Below, one piece after another: positions 25,159-38,187 of a DNA stretch of 64,000 bases. The number at the start of each line of letters is the position of its first letter. Position 1 is the stretch's first letter. Below the pieces are notes generated by a model that made no database searches, had not been told where the DNA came from, and saw only the letters and a list, made by a program, of their open reading frames with translations. The DNA is taken from positions 89,023,857 to 89,087,856 of the forward strand of contig NC_083407.1 of assembly GCF_020745735.1 (NCBI RefSeq), written 5' to 3'. Source of the DNA: Hemiscyllium ocellatum. Lineage: Eukaryota. The translations under genes were made by a program, and so were the position numbers.

Positions 25159-25263
25159 AGGAATGGAACGGGGTCCTGAAGAAGGGTTACACCCCAAACG
25201 TCGACTTCTGCACCTCCTGATTCTGCCTTGCTTGCTGTGTTCTTCCAGCCTCCTGCCAGTCTA
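25159..25263 (+). mobile_element. PLE pLTR relic with degenerate HHR (CTGAAGA family), intron 2 of gene 2, antisense
   Basis: GTC-CTGAAGA-AGGGT-TAC-ACCC-CAAAC-GTC-GAC at 25173-25205; TSD CTCAACATCA at 25145-25154 and 25264-25273. Confidence 0.75.
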
Positions 25264-26470
25264 CTCAACATCAGCTGGATCATGTGTTGTTGGCATACAC
25301 AGGTGACTAGTAGGACTTCCCTCTTAATTACAGATGTGGTAGCTTAATAAGTGGTTACTGCCAGGATTACTTTCCTGTTCAGATCGCACTCTGCCCTTGA
25401 CAGTTGCCTGACAAATCCTTCCTTAAAAAAAAATTCCCGAGGGCTGCTCTCAGATACTGTTTCCATTTAGCTCGGTGCTCCTTACATAGCAGAGCTGTTG
25501 GAAAAAGTCTAATGATTGATAAAATGATCCTTAATGATATCTTTGCCTGTGCAAATCCAATATTTGAATTCACTAAATTTCTATTATGGTGGGAAATGGA
25601 CAGTAAGTAAATCTGACTTGGCCTCCTGTATTTTTAACCAGTTGATCTACTCCCTTCCTGCTTCTTAGGTGCCTGTACAATTTTCCCCATGTGTCCAATT
25701 CTGAGTATCACTGTTTGGGAAGGATGTGAAAGCTTTACAGGAGCTGTAATTCTTGTTTTATAGCATCTGTTCCAGAGATGAGGAGCTTCAGTTAAGTTGA
25801 TAGATTCGAGACACTGAGATTCACTTAGAGAAGAGAACTTTGAAAGAGATTTCGTAGAGCTGTTCTTACTCAGCAAGTACTATGGCAAATGTCATTAGTA
25901 GGTCAAGATCCCAGCAGGGTAAAGTGAGATTCAGATCTAATTACAATGGTAGCATGACTCAACAGCTCTTCAACTCTCCCTGTCTCAATAAAAAATTCAA
26001 CAACAATCCTTTCAGCAAAAGATTGTAGGGCTGTCCATGTATAAGGGACAGTTCCCCAGCTGTACTGTCTATACAATGTTTGTAAAATCTTTACTTGCAC
26101 CCTGGTCAAATCCATCAAAGGTTACAGAGGTGTACCAGGAGCACAATTAGTAGTTCTGTAGTATTCATGCATTAGAATTATTGTGTACTTATTGCAAGTT
26201 GGTGACTAATTAGAAACATGTCAAGACAGTACAGACAAAGTTCTTTGTACCATCCTCCATGATCTTGCTATTTTTAACATTTTTCAAATATATGAAATAA
26301 CGTAAAACAGAATAACTCAGTTCTGGATTTGTTCCTCATGATTGTAAAAGGCAGTGAGAATAATTAGTATAAGGTTACATGATTAATCAAGAGAATCAAA
26401 ATAGATTGCATAACAAGGCAATAAATTACTGATGAGCAATAGCAAACGTAAATGACATCAGAAAATAATT

Positions 26471-26786
26471 TTAGGTTAGATTACTTACAGTGTGGAAATA
26501 GGCTCTTTGGCTCAACAAGTCCACACCGACCCTCTGAATAGCAACCCACCCAGACCCATTTCCCTACATTTACCCCTTCACCTAATACTACGGGCAATTT
26601 AGTATGGCCAATTCACCTAACCTGCACATCTTTGGACTGTGGGAGGAAACTGGAGTACCCGTAGGAAACCCACGCTGACACAGGGAGAATGTGCAAACTC
26701 CACACAGACAGTTGCCCAAGGCAGGAATTGAATCCGGGTCGCTGGTGCTGTGAGGCAGCAGTGCTAACCACTGTGCCACCATGCCG
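26471..26786 (-). mobile_element. HE1-type V-SINE in intron 2 of gene 2
   Basis: Full-length copy starting about 36 nt from the exon 2 donor. Confidence 0.9.
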
Positions 26787-26822
26787 TCAAAACTTGACAC
26801 TTAACAAGTAATAGTTTCTTAC

Positions 26823-27065
26823 TTGTGGGTAACTGCGACATGACCTGACACAGTCATTGAATCCCATCCAGCGCTGGTAGTCAGGATACTCTCCCCTGGT
26901 CAGAACATACTGGTATCCCATGTAATTGGGTTTCTCATACAGCACCCACCAGTCACTCTCAACACGGATGGAGTTACAGCGGCTGAAGTAAGGGGACAGG
27001 TCGGCACAGTCACTGCTGCACTCATAGTGCCGTCCCTGGAAGTTCCTGTCCTCGTAAAAGATGAT
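26823..27065 (-). CDS. gamma-crystallin gene 2, exon 2
   Basis: TAG acceptor; 243 nt [81 protein letters not shown]; GTAAG donor; resembles the shark gammaS1-type lens crystallin. Confidence 0.96.
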
Positions 27066-27170
27066 CTATGTGAATAAAATAACATAGTTGAATTGGTAAT
27101 TTCCCAACTTTGATATATTTTATAATATAACATTATTTACAAATGTGAAAAGTTTAAAAATTGATCTTAC

Positions 27171-27179
27171 CTTGCCCAT
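27171..27179 (-). CDS. gamma-crystallin gene 2, coding exon 1 (MGK)
   Basis: ATG GGC AAG followed by a GTAAG donor; TATAAA at 27239-27244. Confidence 0.94.
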
Positions 27180-27199
27180 TTTGAGCGTCACAGCTAGTT

Positions 27200-27430
27200 A
27201 AACCACCTGGATGTAGCACTGTTCTGTACAACTCGATATTTATACACTGGACTAAAATGCCATTGCAGGGAATACTTTTGTTATTCTAATGGTCTCAACA
27301 GCGTATATCAGCAAAATGGCAAATTAGAAAAAAAGAACTCTATAGTCATTCCAGCCAAAATCCCCTTATTCAGGTTTATAGATGGGGCACTGATTCTTCT
27401 CATTCTGCTTTGATGCTGTTTTAATTGTTC
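27200..27430 (-). promoter_or_regulatory. gene 2 promoter (conserved block)
   Basis: TATAAA 27239-27244; AACAAAAG 27275-27282; TTTTGCTGA with TGCTGA at 27308-27313; AACAAT 27424-27429; block aligns to genes 3 and 4. Confidence 0.8.
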
Positions 27431-27476
27431 ATGAAAAAAATGCAAAAGCCTGGAATGCAAAATGCATTAATGTTGA

Positions 27477-27712
27477 AAGTGAGGACTGCAGATGTTGGAG
27501 ATCAGAGCTGAAAAATGTGTTGCTGGAAAAGCGCAGCAGGTCAGGCAGCATCCAAGGAGCAGGAGAATCGACATTTCGGGCATAAGCCAGCAACATGTTT
27601 TTCTGCATTAATGTTGAGGTAATGATGAAGGGCTTATGCCCGAAACGTCGAATTTCCTGTTCCTTGGATGCTGCCTAACCTGCTGTGCTTTAACCAGCAA
27701 CACATTTTCAGC
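27477..27712. mobile_element. compound HHR mini-element(s) upstream of the gene 2 promoter
   Basis: Minus pLTR tail 27477-27603 and plus HHR plus tail 27623-27712, separated and flanked by three copies of TGCATTAATGTTGA. Confidence 0.88.
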
Positions 27713-27764
27713 TGCATTAATGTTGAGTCTAGTGAAGATATTACAGTTCAAATTGGGCACCACA

Positions 27765-27985
27765 GGGCATTGGTTAACTCAATTGGCTGGGCAGCTGGTT
27801 GTTATGCAGAATGATGCCAACAGAGGGGTTTCAATTCCTTTACCAGCTGAGATCCCCATGAAGATTCTGCCTTCTGAATCTTGTCCCTTATTTGAGGTAG
27901 GGTGACTGTCATGTTAAGCCCATCACCAAGTGTCTCTCCAGCGAGACAACAGCCCTATCATCCTCTGGTGCTGTAATGGCTTGAC
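27765..27985 (+). mobile_element. tRNA-derived SINE of a second family
   Basis: A-box-like TAACTCAATTGG, B-box-like GGTTTCAATTCC, non-V body. Confidence 0.6.
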
Positions 27986-28734
27986 GTAATTTATTAGTTG
28001 CAACACCAAAGTCTCTTCTAGCACAATGCACTAATCCCTGTTGGCTGAGGTGCAATAGTATTGACTTCCCTTATGTATGCAACATATAGACAGCTCATGA
28101 TATCAGTCATTGATTTGGTGCTGGCATGACTTACAATCTGTCATTTTTGAGTTTGAAAATTTCTTAAGGCCCTCTCTCAAACACAGATAGCTTCAGAATG
28201 CTTTCAGTGGCACAATTGAGTCTTCAGCCTTGCTATTTGAGGCCTCACCAACCCAGCGCCGGGTGAGATGTTTTTGATTTTCTATTGGTTGCAGCTGCCC
28301 AAGGTAGCATTGCATTCCTGAAGGATCAACGGTGGTTCTTTTCATAAGAAGCGAGTGCTGCTGGGACATTGGAGGGGCGGCATTGCTTGGAGAGGCTGCT
28401 GAGTTTGTCACATGCAGCAGCCATCATGTAACATCAGAGAAATTCCCTTTCTTTTACAGCACTAAAGGCAGACAGGGCGGTGTGTTGCCTGGTCACTTCC
28501 CTCAACAACAGTCATAGGCTAGGCCCAAGGAGTACAAGAGTCAAGTCTGTATCAACTAAGCACTGCCTTTACTAATTTAGTTCAAACTGACATACAAATT
28601 ACACCATTTGGCTAGAAAAAGGTTAACAGCAGGCATAGAATTCATAAAATTCAGTGCAAACCCACAATGCTTGACGTTCCCGTTATAGTCAACAAAAATA
28701 AAAGCTAACAAAAGCTGAAATAAAATCCGAACGA

Positions 28735-29860
28735 ATGTGAGGTGATGCATTTGGAAGGTTAAGTACAGGTGAAATCATACAATGAATAGCCAAACAGTTA
28801 AGAGTATTGACATGCAGAGAGATCTGGGTGTGCATCTGCACAGATCACCGAAGGCGGCAGCGCAGGCAGGTGAAGTAGTAAAAAAGGCTCATGCCTTCAT
28901 TCGAAGGGCATTGAGTATAAGCATAAGCAAGTTATGCTGCAGCTTTATAGAACTTTAGTTAGGCCACAGTTGGAATATTGCGTACAGTTCTGGTCACCAC
29001 ACTACCAGAAGGATGTGGATGCTTTGGAGAGGGTACAGAAAAGGTTTTCCAGGATGTTGTTTGGTATGGGGGAATTTAGCTATGATGAAAGGGTGATCGA
29101 GTGGACTTGTTTTCAATGGAACATAGAAGGTTGAGGGGCGACCTGATAGAAGTTTATAAGATTGTGAATGACGTGGATGGAATGGAAAGTATGAAGCTTT
29201 TTCTTAGGGTGGAGGGGTCAGTTAAGAAGGGACACAGGTTCAAGGTGCAAATGGGGGGCAGCTTAAAAGTGGGTGGCACGGTGGCACAGTGGGTGACACG
29301 GTGGCACAGTGGTTAGCGCTGCTGCCTCACAGCACCAGAGACCCAGGGTTCAATACCCACCTCAGGCGACTGACTGTGTGGAGTTTGCACATTCTCCCTG
29401 TGTCTGCGTGGGTTTCCTCCGGGTGCTCCGGTTTTCTCCCACAGTCCAAAGATGTGCGGGTCAGGTGAATTGGCCATGCTAAATTGCCCGTAGTGTTAGG
29501 TGAAGGGGTAAATGTAGGAGAATCTGGGTGGATTGCGCTTCGGCGGGTCGGTGTGGACTTGTTGGGCCGAAGGGCTAGTTTCCACACTGTAAGTAATCTA
29601 ATCTAATCTAAATTCAGACGCGCAAGTCATGTTTTTCAGACATGGTGGTGAGTGGCTGGAACATGCTGCCAGAGGAGGTGGTGGAAACAGACACAAAGGC
29701 AGCATTCAAAAAGCACCTGGACAAATACATGAATAAGAAGAGAATAGAGGGATATGAATCCTGTAAATGAACACAGTTTTAGTACGGAAGGGCAAAATGT
29801 GTTGGTGCAGGCTTAGAGGGCTGAAGGGCCTGTTCCTCGGCTATAGTGTTCTTTGTTCTA
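28735..29860 (+). mobile_element. CR1 LINE 3' fragment
   Basis: LYRTLVRPQLEYCVQFWSP, RRLRGDLIEVYKI. Confidence 0.88.
29270..29610 (+). mobile_element. HE1-type V-SINE nested in a CR1 fragment
   Basis: Duplicated 5' GTGGCACGGTGGCACAGTGG, V-domain, (CTAAT)n tail. Confidence 0.9.
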
Positions 29861-31744
29861 AATGAAGCTCATGCTGGCAAGACATTTTTCTCCCAGGTCT
29901 TGGGGTTCTCTCCACACCTCTAAGTGTACAGTACACACTTTGCAAAGGTTGCTGTCTGGAGTTTTCACTGAAGGCACACTGAAACCTTCATTATCATCCT
30001 TTTCCCTTATCTTCCCGAACTGTGGTGTTTTGCGGTTGTTGGTTTTTAACTCATCTGAGAGCAGTGTCTTTCCACTATAGGCTCACTCTAAGGACACATT
30101 TAGGATTACCTCTTTACTCTTCCTCCAAATAAGGATTTCTCCCTAGTGTCATTCCTCAGAGCTCAGCCAGCTCAAACTGGCTCGAGCCAGCAGCTCGGAC
30201 TCAGGTAATTTCAGTTCACAGCTACTGTCTTTATGGCCAACAAGAGGCTGCAGAAAAAAAGGGAAGCTGATCATAGAACAGGTTTAGAAACAGAGAATAC
30301 TGAAATTTCAGCTGTAACTCCCAAACCGAGAAGTGATCCTTAAAAAAGGTGGTTTAAATCCCATATCCAACATGAAAAAAGGCTTGGAAGATGGGACAAC
30401 CATTACATAACTTCTGTTTCCAAAAGTATTCAATGATACAAGAGGACATTGGATGACTATTTGAAAAACAGTAATATTTAAGGGTAAGGGGTTAAAGCAG
30501 GTGATTGGCATGGGTAATGATACTCATCTAACAAACCAATGCAGTCATGATGGCCTCCCTCTATGATACTGTATCTTGTATGTCCCAGGCAAGTACAGAC
30601 TATGAGCATGATAATGAGTTGTTGCTGGATGTATTGTGGGTTGTACAGTTGCTACATAGATACCAAAGTGTTATCCCAAGTGAACCTGCACACTCCTGCC
30701 ACACAATGTACTGGATGTCATCAAAGGTGCTTGTGTGTGGACAACGTCCTATGTCTGCCAGGAGTATGCAGTGCCCCCAGTCATAATGTTAATCAGTGGA
30801 TGATGCCATTTTAAACCGAATATTCCAGGTGGCCTCTTCTCCAACCCTCCCACAAATAAAAAGGAGCTAATTTCACCTTCAATAAGCTGAGATGCTTAGC
30901 TGTTCACCTTATTGCAGGCAGCGTTAGCAAGTAACTTGCAAGAGTATGGGCAACAATTTAGCAGCCCCTGAATGAAGTGGACCCAAGAGCGAAGGGTGTA
31001 AAACTTTGTAAGCTGGCCAACAAGGAGCTTCTCAAAATCAAGACCAAAAAATATAATTTTCTAATGAAGTGTTGAATATGATCATGAGATTCTCACTTGT
31101 GAGTGACGAGAAATCCATTTGCCATCATTAGCATGCACCAACATCTTTTATTAGTTAACAGCTGTTTCATTTATTTGCACTTGCCCATTGTCTCAGCCTT
31201 TGGGTGAAGGTAGATGGTGATAATTGACAACATGAAAGTCAGAGTGGGTTATTTAGCAACTCCAACTCTCAGCCTGTTCCTCCATACCTCCATCGTGGAC
31301 AACGCTCAACACCATGTGAGGACACAGAGCCTATGATGATGACCTGGTTCATGCCAAAGTCAGGATTCACAAGTCATTGGGTATGAAGAGCTAAATATCA
31401 GGCTCCCCACCATCCATCTTAGCTTTTTCTCCTGATTTGAGACAAAGGGAGGGTTTGAGTGAACTGAGAATGGGTGGTACAGCTGTTGGTACTGGTGAAG
31501 GTATGGAAAAGATGATGAGGTGCCTCGAGTGACTGAGAGGTCAGCCCACAGGATACAGGGTTTGTAGTGCGGCAAGGGGGAGTATATTAGGTGAGAGCAA
31601 GTGAGAAGATGTCGCATGCAATATTGAGTGGAGGACCATGAGCAAGCACTAGGAGGTGGGAGGTAGGAGATGGGTGCAGTATCAAGAATAGAGTGAGGTA
31701 ACAGAGAAAAGGTGGTGGCAATTACTTTGGTAGAACAGAGAATG

Positions 31745-31905
31745 TCACTGACCTGCTTCTTGCATTGCTGGGTACTTATCCATTCTGTGGAGACTGCACT
31801 GACCTCGGACCAGATGGGAAGGTTGGGTAAAGGGATGAGGCCTCTTTTGCAGCATCACGTTCACCAGGATTGCCAGGTCCCCATCCACAAAACCATGGCA
31901 CCAAT
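31745..31905 (-). pseudogene. Harbinger-associated Myb/SANT-like ORF relic
   Basis: APWFVDGDLAILVNVMLQKR ... IWSEVSA ... QQCKKQVSD across frameshifts. Confidence 0.5.
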
Positions 31906-32103
31906 GCTTGCTTTTTGACTGGGTGTATAAAGGCATTTTAAATGGAGTGCCCATGCTGGGAATTACATGATGTGCCAGTAGTGGCAATTATTTTGGTGTG
32001 CAGTGCATGGAAGAATAAGTAGAGCAGGTCACTGTTAAGGCATTGTCTGTCGTCAATGAGGATGATAGTGCAAGAAAACTTGCTAGGCCTTGTGGAAAGC
32101 GAG

Positions 32104-32755
32104 AGTTAAAAAGGGTGATGCTGGAAAAGCACAGCTGGTCAGGCAGCATCTGAGAGCAGGAGAGTCGACACTTCAGGCAAAAGCCCTTCATCAGGAATGG
32201 GGGGCGGGGGGTGAGGGGGTGTGGGGAAAGAGGGCTGGAGACAATAGGGGTTGGGGGAGAGGCTCGGGGAAAGATAGGTGGGAAGTTGAGAATTGGATGC
32301 CGGTGAAGATTAATTGTGATAGGTTGGTGGGGAGGATGGAGCGGATAAGTGGGAAGGAAGATGAACAGGTAGGACAGGTCAAGAGGATGATGTTGATATC
32401 TCCTGCCCCACGTCATTCCAGATCCAACCCTCCAACTCAGCACGGCCCTGTTGAACTGTTATACCTGTCCATCTTCCTCCCCACCTGTCTGCTCCACCCT
32501 CCCCACCGCCCTATCACAATTACCCCCCCCACCTTCATCTACATATCACATTGCCAGCTACCTTCTGCTCAGCCCCAACCCCACCCTCCTTTTTATCTCT
32601 CAGCCCCCTTCCCCCACCTGCCACATCCTGATGAAGGACTTATGCCCAAAACATCAACTCTTCTGCTCCTCAGACGCTGCCTGACCTGCTGTGCTTTTCC
32701 AGCGCCACACTTTTCAACTCTGACTCTCCAGCACCTGCAGTCCTCACTTCCTCCT
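32104..32755. mobile_element. head-to-head inverted PLE pLTR pair with two decayed HHRs
   Basis: Minus arm about 32104-32390, plus arm about 32400-32755; 17-bp imperfect TSD GCCYTGTGGAAAGYGAG at 32087-32103 and 32756-32772. Confidence 0.85.
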
Positions 32756-34229
32756 GCCCTGTGGAAAGTGAGCCTCAATGAAGTACGCATTGGCTCTGGG
32801 ACTCAGGACACTGCTGCTAAATTCAAGGCACATTTGCAACCCCATACAGATGATGAATCCTTGTTCTCAGCCATTAATGATTATGTCAGACTGCGAAGAC
32901 AGGCACAGGAACATCAGGAACAACAGAGGCATTTACACGAAATACAGAGGGGTTTACCAAATATTATCAGTAGAGTGTTGACTTCAGCTGGCATGGATCT
33001 GGCAGTCTGCATGGACAGGTTGGCAATCACCTGGGAAAGCCAAGTCGAGCGCACTCAGTGTTTGTCGAATATGTTACGTAGAGGACATTGTCAAAGAGCT
33101 GCTCTCCATTAGTCAGGCCATAGTCACTCAACATCACTGCTAAGTTGGGAGTGGGACTGTGAACTTCAGTCTCACTCCAGATGCCCCTTTTTTCTCATGG
33201 TAGTGCTGACAGAGTGGGGGAGGAGTGATACACAGGTTCCCCCAGTGCTTCTTTTCAGGACACTCTGCCAAGTGCTACCTTTAGTGCCACCTCAACCCTC
33301 CCTGTGGTCTCAAAGCCTGCAGCACTTCAAACAAAGGAGAGTGAGCCTGCATCTAGGTAGGTGACTCTCAGCAGAATCGGGCTGTCTAGGCCCAGAGGCA
33401 CCGGGAGCCACGACTGCCCAAATCTACCAATCCAACAGGGTCAACCACAGTGCATGTTCCCTCCACCCTAGTGCAGATGTCAGAGCTGCACTTAGACATA
33501 GTAAGAGGGCGAAGATGGAAAAAGGACACTGAGGGCACGAAGGTGGCATGTCAAAATATCAAAATATCAGGATTCTTGCACATGAAGGACTGCTGCCAAG
33601 TCATTGTAATTTAATAAATATATCACTTAAATTATGTGCTATAGGCAGAAATGGACCAGATTCACACATTATTCCACATCTTATGAGTGAGAGTACTGAG
33701 GATTCGACATATCTTTGTTTATTCTGTTTATCATTCAGTAAAATTCAGTGCTCCCTCATAATATATTGTCTGCCAACACAAAGTGTTGCCTCTCACAGGT
33801 TCATAGTTGCTGCAAAAGCATTCTACGTGCACTCTAAAGCAATGAAGTACCCTTGATTATGGTCAAAAGGAGATAGATAAGGATTTCCCTCAACCTGCTG
33901 GCTAACCTGAGAGAGTTCACTTAAAGCCATGTGATTGCACTGTCTGCCTTTCCCCTAATGGTCATTGAGATATGATGTCTGCGCATATATTAAATTAGGA
34001 TCATCCAAAGAAGTCAAGCATTCAATGACATGAATAAAAAGACATTTACTCAATAACACAAAAGGTCAAGGACTGCAAAAACGGGAAGGTCCATATGACC
34101 TTTAAGTCTGTTTTCCAAATTAAGAGAATGTTAAACAATTAAACAAAGTCCAAGCCCAGTCTTTCATCTTCACTAATGTTCTTTCTGCCTGTTGAATTTG
34201 ATAATGCATGTCTCTTATTGTCCTCCTTG

Positions 34230-35060
34230 GAAAGCCCTCCTTGTCAATGTCGTGATCCTTGGCCTCATCTTTATCCTCAAAAGACTGCCCCCATCTTTGA
34301 TTTCTGTTGCATCTTCTTTTTGCTGGCTCCAGTTTATGAAGGGTACAGCATGACTCAAAGAAACAGGATACACTCAGCTATATCACTAGGTCAGCTGGTG
34401 TACTCCAGGCATCAATACCTCAGCATAAGGGTCTGTTCCACTATAGTGTTATTGGGAGAGGTGTATTGTAAAAGAGTGAAGAGCTATGTTTGGAAGGGGA
34501 AGGCACAGTTCCCCAACAGCCATTCCTGTATGGCCTGGGCACCTAGAAAGGGGGCAGGAAACTAGTGAGCTCTCTAATATGCAAGGGTCAGGGCAACCCC
34601 CAGGATATCTGAAAAAGACCCACAGAATGTGGCATATTTATGACATATCAAGGGTCGCGTATAATTTGATCATTCACAGAGTGTAAGCTTTCGTGGTTGA
34701 CATCATCTAAAAGTTGGTGCTCGGCACTCCCAAAGGAACATGGGTGCAGTTGATTGCAACAATGGGGTGCACTCACAAAGTGGAGAATTTCAAAACCCTG
34801 AGCTGCTTGACTCTCACTATCACAGGGGATCACCATGAAGGGCTGTGCTCTGGAAAAAGTAGCACCTATTCCAGCCCGGATGCATTTATTGGTCAGGAAT
34901 GTATTGCTGCAGCTCTGGTCCCCAGTTACATGCTGAAGTAAGCTCCTGACAGAAAAATTAAGGGGATCCAAGACTGTGAGCTGCACAGCGGCCAGGACGA
35001 GAACATGGGTCAGACCTTCTGAGCACAAGTCATTATCCTTCAGATTAAGTTGTTCGGGCA
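34230..35060 (-). pseudogene. PIF/Harbinger (HARBI1-like) transposase relic
   Basis: Ordered decayed motifs LNF..., AINCTHV (IDCTHV), VNHESLHSVNDQIIRD (VNRKGFHS.NVQ..CD), SCCTLHKL (CC.LHN). Confidence 0.7.
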
Positions 35061-35795
35061 TGATGGGGTTGGACAGTCTTAATTGGTACCCAGCAGGCCA
35101 CTGCATTGTACCTATCATTACAAAGTCTCATCAAAGAAATGACATTGGCTGGATTGCACAGCATCGACCTAGATACCAGAAAAGACAATGGCAGAAATAG
35201 CCCTGTCATCCTTGCGAAGTCCTCCTTACAAACATCTAGATGCTAGTGCCAAAATTGAGAGAGCTCCCTCACAGACTAGTCATACTCATGGTGTCATACC
35301 TGACTGACAACGTCCTAGAACTACCATCTCCAGCCCTGAATTTGTCTGGTCCCATTGGCTGGTCAGACCCAGCAGAGATGGCAGCACAGTGGCATACAGT
35401 CAGAAGGGAGTTGCCGTTGGAATCCTCAACAGTGATTCTGGAGCCTATGAAGTCTCATGGATTCAGGTGAAAGATGGGCAAGGAAAGCTCTTGCTGAGTA
35501 CTACATACCGACTTCCCTCGGCTTATGAATTAGAACTCCTCTATGTTCAACAACACTTCGATGAAGTACTGAGGGAGGCAAGGACTTAAACTACTCTGGG
35601 TGGGGCAGACCAGCAGTATTACTGATTGAGCTGGTTAGGTCCTAAAGGACATAACTGCTAGACTGGATCTGTGGCAGGTGGAAGGGATCAACAAGAGAGA
35701 AAAAACATACCTGGTCCCATCTTTACCAATCTGCCAGCTGCAGGTGTATCTGTCAATGACAGTTTTGGTAAGAGTGACCACAACACAGTCTTTGT

Positions 35796-36366
35796 TGTTA
35801 TGGACCAGGCCAGACCCCCTCAAAATATTTTAAGAAGGAAGCCTAACTTTTTCTTATTTTAAAGGCAATGGTTATTCCAGGTTTGATGCAGCTGGTCAAA
35901 CCATTCAGCTTTGAGCAAAACAGACTTTATTGAAACACTACAGTTGAAACATGAACAAAAGGAAATGGAATTTAGAATATCATAACTATTGGAATCTTAA
36001 CTGATCTGACACAGCAACTGTTCCAATCCAGTAATATCCCAAACACACCCCTTGGCAAAAGATGCATTCTAACACAGGTTCTTACGGGGAGGAAAGATTT
36101 CAGAGAGAGAAGTCAGTCAGGGATTATCTGCTGAAGCACGGAAACCTTTTGCACTGCACAGTTTCTGCTACAGCTAAACCAGCAGCTTCTCACTGTTACA
36201 ACTCAACCAATCTAGACAAAACCTGAACTGGGAGAACTGGCCACTCCCATGCCATTGTTAAACTAGGCCCTTGCCCAGATATTTCAGCATCGCTGCCTTC
36301 ACAGATTGTCTTGAAAAAAAAAACCCAAGGGCAAAATAACCTTTTTAAAGTGACAGCATCGTTGCA
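35796..36366. mobile_element. probable solo LTR
   Basis: TG...CA ends interrupting contiguous LINE sequence; 4-bp TSD TTGT/CTGT (one mismatch). Confidence 0.55.
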
Positions 36367-37033
36367 CTGTGGAGTCAAAGTCTTGTCTTCACATTGGGAA
36401 TTACCTCAATTGTGTAGAGTGGCACTATCACCATGCTGAATGGGACAGACTTTGAACAGGTCTAACAACTCAAGACTGAGCGTCTATGAGACACTATGGG
36501 CCATCAACAGCAGCAAAATTGCACTCCAGCAGAATTTGTAACCTCATGGCCTGGCATAAACCCCACTCAACCACTACCATCAAGCCAGGGGATCAACCCT
36601 AGTTCAATGAGAGTGCAGGAGCAGCACCAGGCATACCTAAGATTTAGATGTCAATCTGGTGAAGCTACCAAACATGATCACTTGCATGCCAAACCACATT
36701 AGCAGCAGATGGACAGAGCTAAGTGATCCTCCAACTGAGAGATCAGATGTAAGCTCTGCAGTCCTGGTGTATCCAATCTTGAATGGTGGTGGATAATTAA
36801 ACAACTCACTGAAGTAGGAAGGCTCCATAAATAACTCCATCCTTGATGATGGAAGAGCCTGACACATCAGTGCAAAAGCTATGGCTGAAGTATTCACAGC
36901 AATTTTCAGCCAGAAGTGCTGAGTGGATGATCTACCTCAGCCTCCTCCAGTGATTCCCCAGCATTACAGATGTCAGTCTTCAGCCAACTTGTTTCACTCC
37001 ATGTGTTATCAAGAAATAGTTGGAGGAACCGGA

Positions 37034-37347
37034 TTTAGATTAGATTACTTACAGTGTGGAAACAGGCTTTCAGGCAAACAAGTGCACACCAACCCTCCGA
37101 AGAGCAACCCAGACCTATTCCCCTACATTTACCCCTTCACCTAACACTATGGGCAACTTAGCATGGCCAATTCACCTAACCTGCACATTTTAAGACTGTG
37201 GGAGGAAACCGGAGCACCCAGAGGAAATCACACAGACACGGGGAGAATATACAAACTCCACACAGACAGTTACCAGAGGCAAGGATTGAACCCGGGTCTC
37301 TGGCGCTGTGAGGTATCAGTGCTAACCACTGTGCCACCGTGCCGCCA
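37034..37347 (-). mobile_element. HE1-type V-SINE nested in a LINE
   Basis: Full-length, (TTAGA)n end. Confidence 0.88.
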
Positions 37348-38187
37348 ACTGCAAAGGCTGTGGGTCCTGACAACATTCTGGCAATTGTACCAAAAGCTTG
37401 TGATCCAGAACATGCTGATCCCCTAGCCAATCTCTTCCAGTACAGTTACAGTATTGGCATCTACAGAGCAATGTGGAAAATTGCCCAGGTACACACTATG
37501 TACAAAAGGCAGGACAAATCTAACCAGGCCAATTACCGCCTTACCAGTCTACTCTCGCTCATCAGTAAAGTAATGGAAGGTGTCACTGCTAGCAGACATT
37601 AATAGACAGTATGCCACAGGCCTTTAGAGGATCTTGTCAAGTCTTTTGCCTCATTGAAAACTCATGGTTAATTTCAATCGAATATATATCAGAAGTAAGT
37701 ATTCTTAGGTATGAAAGGAGATACTTAAAAACTGAACTGTTTGACTTGCTGCAAGACATGACACTGGAGGCATGTTGCAAGAGAATGTTGAGATGAGTAA
37801 TGTAAGTGTGCTTTGAAACATGCTTCAACAAAAACAATACCCTTCTCTGTCATTCTTGGCCAAAAAAAATTCTTTCTCTTTTTGTAAGCCCAGGTATATA
37901 GGCAAAACAACCGCCAATTTGTTAAAATTTATAAAGAGTAAAAACAGAGTCTGACTTACTAATATACACTTGGACCAGCTACTTAACGCAAAAACAGCAG
38001 CAACAAAATAAGGTAGCAATCAGATTGGTTCCGTTCATCAACATCAAATAAATATGAGTTGATAGTTATACGTTTGTATTCCAACCAATAAGTAAATATC
38101 TTTCTTGAGAATTTATCTGTTTTAAATACTAAACACCTTTTTAAAATAAAGACAATGCATCAAATCCAAGATTTTATGATTTGAAAG

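Larger units (their letters stand above)
35150..37590 (+). mobile_element. LINE (CR1/L2 group) ORF2 relic interrupted by a solo LTR and a SINE
   Basis: Endonuclease-like EVSWIQVK..LLSTTYRLPS; RT KAVGPDNI...WKIAQV...K.DKSN.ANYR..SLLS..SKVME. Confidence 0.8.

Noticed and set aside
26900-27133. ORFs ...[14 protein letters not shown]... (also 59257-59448)
   Set aside because: Alternative frame of crystallin exon 2.
27463-27727. Repeat-spacer-repeat pattern as a CRISPR-like array
   Set aside because: Eukaryotic context; the repeats are target-site duplications and the spacers are PLE tails.
32090-33112. 340-aa plus-strand ORF
   Set aside because: Chimeric read-through of an inverted pLTR pair and Harbinger-region DNA; starts at TTG.
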